Notes under the pieces: model-generated
The model's input: only the letters and a program-made list of their open reading frames with translations
What the model was told of the DNA's origin: nothing
Database searches by the model: none
Part shown: positions 57,994 to 64,000 of the stretch, piece by piece
How positions within the stretch are numbered: position 1 is the stretch's first letter
How the letters are laid out: the number at the start of each line of letters is the position of its first letter
Made by a program: the position numbers and the translations under genes
Assembly (NCBI GenBank): GCA_050246755.1
Contig: JBFWVL010000001.1
Span: 1,760,001 to 1,824,000, forward strand
Source of the DNA: Bacteriovoracia bacterium
Lineage (GTDB): Bacteria; Bdellovibrionota; UBA1018; CAIPTA01
Length of the DNA stretch: 64,000 bases
Direction of reading: 5' to 3'

Positions 57994-58965
57994 ATGGTTC
58001 TCCCAGCCACTCGCTCCCAGCTGCATATCTTCTCCGGTGGGTCTAATCGGCCCCTGGCGCAGAAAATTGCGGAGAGCCTCGGGGTGGAATTAGGCCGAAC
58101 CGATCTGCGCCGCTTCAGCGACAAAGAAATCTTCGTAGAAATCCAGGAAAGCGTTCGTGGCCGCGATGTGTACGTGGTGCAAAGTACCTGCGCGCCGGTG
58201 AACGATAACCTGATGGAGCTTCTAGTCATGGTGGACGCTTTGAAGCGCGCCTCCGTGAACTCCATCACCGCCGTGATGCCCTACTACGGTTACGCCCGGC
58301 AGGATCGAAAAGTGCAGCCGCGCACGCCGATCACCGCCAAGCTCGTGGCCGATTTGCTCACCGCCGCGGGCGTGAACCGGGTGGTTTCGATGGACCTTCA
58401 TTCCGGGCAGATTCAGGGCTTCTTCAATATTCCCTTCGACAACCTTTTCGCCCGTCCCGTGATGCTGAACTATATTCGCGAAAATCTTTTGGGTAACGCC
58501 AATGGCGAGGATCTCGTGATCGTTTCACCCGACGCCGGCGGCGTGGAGCGCGCCCGCGCCTACGCGAAAAAAGTGAACGCGAAAGTGGCGATGATCGACA
58601 AGCGCCGCACGGGCCCGAACGTGGCCAAAGCGATGTTTATCGTGGGCGAAGTAGAAGGCCATCGCGCGCTGATTCTCGACGATATGGTGGATACCGCCGG
58701 CACGCTCACCGAAGCCGCCGACACGCTGATGAAGCACGGAGCGAAGGAAGTATACGCCTGCGCTACCCACCCGGTGCTTTCGGGCCCCGCGATTGGCCGC
58801 CTCAAGGAATCCTGCATTAAGCGTTTCATTTGCACCGACACGATCCCGCTTTCCCCGGAAGCCCTGGCTTGCGGAAAAATCGAGTCGCTCTCGGTGGCCG
58901 GGATTCTCGGAGAAGCGATCCGCCGCATTCACTTTCATGATTCCGTAAGCTCCCTTTTCGACTAA
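57994..58965 (+). CDS. prs: Ribose-phosphate pyrophosphokinase
   Basis: [33 protein letters not shown] and DDMVDTAGT motifs. Confidence 0.98.
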   Translation: MVLPATRSQLHIFSGGSNRPLAQKIAESLGVELGRTDLRRFSDKEIFVEIQESVRGRDVYVVQSTCAPVNDNLMELLVMVDALKRASVNSITAVMPYYGYARQDRKVQPRTPITAKLVADLLTAAGVNRVVSMDLHSGQIQGFFNIPFDNLFARPVMLNYIRENLLGNANGEDLVIVSPDAGGVERARAYAKKVNAKVAMIDKRRTGPNVAKAMFIVGEVEGHRALILDDMVDTAGTLTEAADTLMKHGAKEVYACATHPVLSGPAIGRLKESCIKRFICTDTIPLSPEALACGKIESLSVAGILGEAIRRIHFHDSVSSLFD

Positions 58966-58966
58966 A

Positions 58967-59536
58967 ATGTATCTCTTAGTTGGTCTCGGAAATCCTGGGC
59001 GCGAGCATGTGATCAACCGCCACAATCTCGGTTTTTTGGCGGTGGAGGCCTGGGTTCTTCTCAAGGGCGAGGAGTTCCGGAAAAAAGAATTTCATTCCGA
59101 AACCGCCCGGCTGAAAGTGGGCGGAGAAGAAGTGCTGGCGATGAAGCCGCAAACCTACATGAACCGCTCGGGAGATGCAGTTCACGAGGCCATGCAGTTT
59201 TATAAGGTGCCGATGGAGAACGTGATCGTGCTGCACGACGAGATCGATCTCCTGCCGAAAACTTTCCGCATCAAGCGGGGCGGGGGGCACGCCGGGCATA
59301 ATGGCTTGCGCTCGCTCATGCATCACGGAGAAAATTTTCTCCGCTTCCGCATGGGAGTGGGCCGACCGCCGCATAAGGATATGGACGTAGCGGATTACGT
59401 GCTCGGAAATTTGGATAAGGACGAGCTGAGTTTTTGGGAAGAAGAAATGCCGAACGTATGCGCGGCGATTGATCTCTGTCTGCAGGGAAAAATGGACCAG
59501 GCGATGAATCAGTTTCACAAGAAAGCGAAGGAATAG
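58967..59536 (+). CDS. pth: Peptidyl-tRNA hydrolase
   Basis: [22 protein letters not shown] and GHNGLRS motifs. Confidence 0.97.
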   Translation: MYLLVGLGNPGREHVINRHNLGFLAVEAWVLLKGEEFRKKEFHSETARLKVGGEEVLAMKPQTYMNRSGDAVHEAMQFYKVPMENVIVLHDEIDLLPKTFRIKRGGGHAGHNGLRSLMHHGENFLRFRMGVGRPPHKDMDVADYVLGNLDKDELSFWEEEMPNVCAAIDLCLQGKMDQAMNQFHKKAKE

Positions 59537-59539
59537 TTT

Positions 59540-60640
59540 ATGGGTCTTAGTTGCGGAATCGTTGGGTTGCCCAACGTAGGTAAATCCACTCTCTTTAATG
59601 CGCTCACCAACGCGAAGGTGGCGGCCTCTAATTTCCCCTTCTGCACCATTGATCCGAACGTAGGCATCGTGAAAGTGCCGGACGTTCGCCTCGATGAAAT
59701 CACCAAGCGGGTGAAACCGCAGAAAACAGTTCCCGCCGCCATGGAATTCGTGGACATCGCCGGTATCGTGAAGGGCGCCTCCAAGGGAGAGGGCCTCGGC
59801 AATAAATTTCTCGCCAATATCCGCGAAGCCAATGCCATCGTGCACGTGGTGCGCTGCTTCGACGATCCCAACGTGATCCACGTGGATGGCTCGGTGGATC
59901 CGATCCGCGACGTGACCGTGATCGACATGGAGCTCATGCTCGCCGACCTCGAGGCCGTTTCGAAGCGTTACCCGATCGTGGAGAAATCCGCCGCCCGTGA
60001 TCCAAAGGCGTTCGGAATGCAGGTCCAGGCCCTCAAAAAAATTAAGGAAGCCCTCGAAAAGGGGATTCCCGTGCGCGCGCTCAGCCTCGAGGAGGAGGAG
60101 TGGAAGGCCGTGGCTGATCTGCACCTCATGAGCCAGAAAAAAGTTCTCTACGTGGGTAATGTGGACGAGAACAACGTGGCCGATCCCATGAAGAGCCCTT
60201 TCTATCCCAAGCTCGTGGAATACGCGGCAAAGGAAAAAAGTGGCGTGGTGCCGATCTGCGGAAAGATCGAGAGCGAGCTCGTGGAGCTCGAGGGCGCCGA
60301 TAAGAAAGAAATGCTCGAAAGCCTAGGCCTGAAGGAAGATGGCCTTTCTCGTCTGATCCGCGAGGCGTATAAGCTCCTCGGCCTCTGCACCTACTTCACT
60401 GCGGGCGAGCAGGAAGTGCGCGCCTGGACCTTTCACCAAGGCTGGAAGGCCCCCCAAACTGCGGGCGTGATCCATACCGACTTCGAGCGCGGTTTCATCA
60501 AGGCCGAAGTCTATCACTACGACGACCTCGTTAAGCTCGGTACCGAAGCCGAGATCAAAGCGAAGGGGCTGATGCGCCTCGAGGGCAAAGAATACGTGGT
60601 GCGTGATGGCGACATCATGCACTTCCGCTTTAATGTTTAA
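59540..60640 (+). CDS. ychF: Ribosome-binding ATPase YchF
   Basis: [31 protein letters not shown] and [10 protein letters not shown] motifs. Confidence 0.98.
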   Translation: MGLSCGIVGLPNVGKSTLFNALTNAKVAASNFPFCTIDPNVGIVKVPDVRLDEITKRVKPQKTVPAAMEFVDIAGIVKGASKGEGLGNKFLANIREANAIVHVVRCFDDPNVIHVDGSVDPIRDVTVIDMELMLADLEAVSKRYPIVEKSAARDPKAFGMQVQALKKIKEALEKGIPVRALSLEEEEWKAVADLHLMSQKKVLYVGNVDENNVADPMKSPFYPKLVEYAAKEKSGVVPICGKIESELVELEGADKKEMLESLGLKEDGLSRLIREAYKLLGLCTYFTAGEQEVRAWTFHQGWKAPQTAGVIHTDFERGFIKAEVYHYDDLVKLGTEAEIKAKGLMRLEGKEYVVRDGDIMHFRFNV

Positions 60641-61602
60641 TGAGAAAGAACGATCTCCAGGAAAGCTTTAACTTCAGCGCCCCAGGCTCGGGCGCGCTCG
60701 TGAACCCTCCCTTCGATCCGCGGGAGCTAGCGCGGCTGGCCGCGCAGGGTATCTACCTCGGCACTTGTTCCTGGAAGTACCGGGGCTGGGAGGGAATGAT
60801 CTACCAGGGAGGTTATTCTTCCGAGGCTCAGTTCCAGCGCTCCTCTCTGCGCGAATACACCTCTTCTTTTCCCACCGTGGGCGTGGATTTTACCTACTTC
60901 GCCTGGCCCATGCGCGACATGATGGCCTACCTCGTGGAGTCCACCCCCGAGAATTTTCGCCTTTGTCCAAAAGTTACGAAGCGGATCACGCTGTCGACAT
61001 TTCCAAATCTTCCGGCCTATGGAAAGTGGGCTGGGCAAGCCAATCCCGACTTCCTCAACGCCGATTTATTTCGCGAGCAGTTCTTGGCGCCGATTGCGGT
61101 GCTCAAGGATCGCATGGGCATCGTGCTCTTCGAATTTTCGGGCCCAGAAAAAACGGAGCTGAAAGCCTTCGAACAATTTTTCCGTTCCATTCCCCGCGAT
61201 TTCCCCTATGCGGTGGAGATCCGCAATCCTGAGCTCGTGACGCCGGAATTTTATTCGTTGCTGCGCTCCCTTGAGATTGCGCCGGTTTTCTCGCACTGGA
61301 CAAAAATGCCGGCCATGCAGGAACAATGGAATGCTTATATCGCATCGGGCGGCGCGGCCGACCACGGCCCCATGGTGGCCTTATCGCTGGTGACGCCCGG
61401 GCGGAGTTTCGAGGAGGCCGTGCGGCTTTTCCAGCCCTATAACGAAGTGAAGGAGCCCGGCGAGGCGGTTCGGGCTGATTTGGCCGCGATCGGATCTTTT
61501 GCGATGCGCGCGGGCCGCAAGGCCTTTATACTCGTGAGCAACCGCGTGGAAGGTTCTGCGCCTTTCACGATTGGAGCGGTAGCGGAAAAAATTAGGGGTT
61601 AG
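60640..61602 (+). CDS. DUF72 (YecE) family protein
   Basis: YLGTCSWKY.GW, TV.VDFTYF and AVEIRN motifs. Confidence 0.88.
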   Translation: MRKNDLQESFNFSAPGSGALVNPPFDPRELARLAAQGIYLGTCSWKYRGWEGMIYQGGYSSEAQFQRSSLREYTSSFPTVGVDFTYFAWPMRDMMAYLVESTPENFRLCPKVTKRITLSTFPNLPAYGKWAGQANPDFLNADLFREQFLAPIAVLKDRMGIVLFEFSGPEKTELKAFEQFFRSIPRDFPYAVEIRNPELVTPEFYSLLRSLEIAPVFSHWTKMPAMQEQWNAYIASGGAADHGPMVALSLVTPGRSFEEAVRLFQPYNEVKEPGEAVRADLAAIGSFAMRAGRKAFILVSNRVEGSAPFTIGAVAEKIRG

Positions 61603-61606
61603 GTAT

Positions 61607-62146
61607 ATGTGGAAAATTTTAGGCCTGAGTCTTCTGGTTGTATTCGCGTCCTGCACGAAGAAGCCCGCCGGCACGGTGGTTTCCGGAGAGCCCTTGGTCT
61701 CGCCGGTATCGGATCCAAACCGAATTATTTTTGACGCGATGGTCACGCTCCCCGCCGAGCATAAGGGAAAATTGAAACGTACCGACGTATTGATCTGGGA
61801 TCTCAAGGACGGCAAGGGAGACGTTTTGGCTTCCCAAATCATCCCCGTGCCCAGCTTCCCTCACCACCTCACCGTGCAGGCCCGCCAGCTTCAGCGTGCC
61901 ACTCCCGAAAGCACCACCCTGCTGTTTGCCGCCCGGGTGGCTCATTTCGGCGAGGAGCGTAAACCGCCCGCCAAAGGACAGTTAAACGTGCTCGTGGGCG
62001 TGGTGCCCTCTAAAGACGAAGTGCAAAATCCCAATGTGGACCAGAAGCGTTTTGCGAAATGGGCGAAAAAAAATAACGTGGTGGAAGAAAAAGTACTGAA
62101 GATCGGCTCGAAGGTAGAGGCCTCGTTGACTCCTAGCCTATGGTAA
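61607..62146 (+). CDS. Lipoprotein, CcmI/CcmH C-terminal Ig-like domain-like
   Basis: Lipobox FASC; pattern VTLP.E......DVL....LA.....FP..L..AARV. Confidence 0.5.
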   Translation: MWKILGLSLLVVFASCTKKPAGTVVSGEPLVSPVSDPNRIIFDAMVTLPAEHKGKLKRTDVLIWDLKDGKGDVLASQIIPVPSFPHHLTVQARQLQRATPESTTLLFAARVAHFGEERKPPAKGQLNVLVGVVPSKDEVQNPNVDQKRFAKWAKKNNVVEEKVLKIGSKVEASLTPSLW

Positions 62147-62201
62147 ACACAGGCTTTTCTTCGCCCTTGTGCGATCCCAAACTTTCCGCTAATCATGGGG
62201 C

Positions 62202-62471
62202 ATGGCCTGGCACAAGAGTCTCACTCGCCTTCTTCATTCTCTGCAGCATGGTCCTGCCCAGCGCGTAGTATTTTACTATCCTGGCGAAGAACCGACCTTC
62301 GTGGAAGACGCCCACGTTACGGTTTTCCGTAACGGCATGGTGGAAGTGAAGCACCGGCACGAACATGTTTCTACCCATATTCAGAATGTAGAGATTTTGT
62401 GGACGAGCGCTCCGGATCAAAAGTCTCCGGGACGCGCCTTCACCCTGATCAAATCGGATATCTCTAAGTAG
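62202..62471 (+). CDS. Small hypothetical protein
   Basis: 89-aa ORF filling the gap between genes, in the same orientation as the upstream operon. Confidence 0.55.
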   Translation: MAWHKSLTRLLHSLQHGPAQRVVFYYPGEEPTFVEDAHVTVFRNGMVEVKHRHEHVSTHIQNVEILWTSAPDQKSPGRAFTLIKSDISK

Positions 62472-62942
62472 CTAGCTATTCCAGGCCCGCGGCCTGCCGT
62501 TCTCATCCACCGACACAAATACCAATTCGCAGCGGCAGATCTCGGATTCCGCTTTTACGGCATAGTTATTCAGTGGCGACTTGGCTTGCGCCGGATCGTC
62601 CGCGAAAGACCTCCGCGCCACGAGCGTGCTCACGGTGAGCGAGGTGGTTCCCGCCCGCGAAACCTTACACCAGATCTCGAGCATATCGCCGAGCTTGGCG
62701 GGCTGATTGAAAACCAGTTCAGAGATTTTCGCCGTCACCACGCGGCGGGCGTCCATCTGGCAACTGGCGAAAATCGCGGTGCCTTCGTCGATCCAGGCCA
62801 CGAGCTTACCTCCGAATATAGTTCCGGCGGCGTTCAGGTCTTCGTACATCACTATTCTTCGGTAGGAGCGGAAGTATCCGAGCTTTTCGGGGTCGACGGT
62901 ATTGGGTTTGCCGGTTCCGGCTTTTTTACTGGGTTTTGCCAT
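62472..62942 (-). CDS. Hotdog-fold acyl-CoA thioesterase
   Basis: DLNAAGTIFGG, WIDE, VVT, GTTS and FVSVDENGRP motifs. Confidence 0.9.
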   Translation of the reverse strand: MAKPSKKAGTGKPNTVDPEKLGYFRSYRRIVMYEDLNAAGTIFGGKLVAWIDEGTAIFASCQMDARRVVTAKISELVFNQPAKLGDMLEIWCKVSRAGTTSLTVSTLVARRSFADDPAQAKSPLNNYAVKAESEICRCELVFVSVDENGRPRAWNS

Positions 62943-64000
62943 TGGAATGCGAGCTCCTGTACGCTTTCAATCGTAGCATCATTTCCGAGCAGCTTGTACC
63001 AGGCAAAATTCCTTAGGATCGAGCCCACGTATTTCCGCGTTTCGGTGAAAGGGATCGAGTCGATGAAGGTATCGATGTCGAAGGTGGCTTTCATCGAAGT
63101 GGATTCTAGCATTAGCCTTTGCCATTGCTGCGCCCGGCTTGGACCGGCATTGTAGCCGGCGAGCGCGAGGGCGATATTTCCCTGAAAGCGATCGATAAGC
63201 TTTTTAAGGTACTGCGCTCCGAGCATGGAATTCACCGCGGGATCGAAGAGCTCCGCCCGCTTGAGGTCGGATTTCATTTCCTGGCCGGTGGAAGGCAATA
63301 GTTGCATGAGGCCGAGCGCATCGGCGCGGGAAAGTGCGTTGGGGATGAAAGCCGATTCCTGCTTCGTAACGGAATAGAGGAGGGCGGGGTGCAATCCGGT
63401 AACCAAGGAGGCCGCCGCGAATTCCGCGGTAAAATTCTGGGGGAAAATAAGCGCCAAGGCATCGTGCCCAAATAAATCCTTATTGAAGGAGATAGCGCTG
63501 TAGGCGTGGGAGAAAGCGGCGAGCGGATAGCCGGCCTCGGTAAAGAGCTTGGCCACCATCAGCGCGCCGAGGCTGTCTTCCTGACCAAACGTGGAGCCGG
63601 ATGGGCGATACAGGAAGAAAAATTTCGCTTCTTCACGGGCCTGCTCGATTAGCCCGGCTTCCATCAAGCCGCGTAGTTTCCACAGCGAAGCGGCCTGGCG
63701 GGTAAGCAGGGCGCCGGTGAGGCGGGGTGCGGGCGCGTTTTCGGCCTTAGGCGGAATCAATAAGGTGCGGGGGTCTTTTTTTAGGCGGAGCGCGCTCTGA
63801 AGGCCGTAGTAGGAAAGGGGGGAGTCGGCGAGGATTTGCTCGTAGCGCGCTTTGGCGGCTTCACCATTGCCGATTTTTTCGTCGGTGCGGGCGGTCCAGT
63901 AGTTGGCCGAATCCAGCCGCTCCGATTGGGGGAAATCTGCCGCGAGCTTCTTGAAGAGGTTGTTCGCGTCGAGCCATTTTTCCTTCAGTACCGCTTGCAT
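62852..64000 (-). CDS. Soluble lytic transglycosylase (Slt70-like), 5'-truncated
   Basis: TPR-like N-terminal part; QESAF, GLMQL, AGYNAG and IPFTETRKY motifs. Confidence 0.92.
   Translation of the reverse strand: MQAVLKEKWLDANNLFKKLAADFPQSERLDSANYWTARTDEKIGNGEAAKARYEQILADSPLSYYGLQSALRLKKDPRTLLIPPKAENAPAPRLTGALLTRQAASLWKLRGLMEAGLIEQAREEAKFFFLYRPSGSTFGQEDSLGALMVAKLFTEAGYPLAAFSHAYSAISFNKDLFGHDALALIFPQNFTAEFAAASLVTGLHPALLYSVTKQESAFIPNALSRADALGLMQLLPSTGQEMKSDLKRAELFDPAVNSMLGAQYLKKLIDRFQGNIALALAGYNAGPSRAQQWQRLMLESTSMKATFDIDTFIDSIPFTETRKYVGSILRNFAWYKLLGNDATIESVQELAFQWQNPVKKPEPANPIPSTPKSSDTSAPTEE

Overview
A 64-kb, GC-rich, gene-dense bacterial chromosomal segment. It is most likely from a Bdellovibrionota/Oligoflexia-like delta-proteobacterium, inferred from gene style, a pilin-like gene, the HNH family and FliA-type promoters; this is not proven. 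Most of the window is housekeeping or envelope genes: dcd, corA, cheW-mcp-cheR-cheD, msrA, etfBA, amgK-murU-like, epmA, ABC exporters, rluA-family, trxB, gdh, fadD, smpB, rsmA, tsaD, prs-pth-ychF and slt. I found no rRNA, tRNA, CRISPR array or intact transposase. The standout is the left end (1-11105), an apparent triterpenoid-lipid cluster. It encodes an HpnI/ceramide-glucosyltransferase-like GT2 and a cyclase with a squalene-hopene-cyclase scaffold but the oxidosqualene-cyclase DCTA motif in place of DxDD. These are followed by a secreted GxSxG hydrolase/acyltransferase, a squalene-epoxidase-like flavoprotein (GEFLQP) and a Lol-like five-gene ABC/outer-membrane cassette. Other notable signals: a Sec-exported pilin head without the prepilin helix, a catalytically dead paralog of the cluster hydrolase, a 14-blade Kelch/Calx-beta lipoprotein, a FliA-driven peptidoglycan deacetylase, an HNH-containing insertion between tsaD and rsmA, and many -10 boxes exactly 6 nt before start codons (leaderless mRNAs). 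All family assignments come from motif recognition by eye; no database searches were run.
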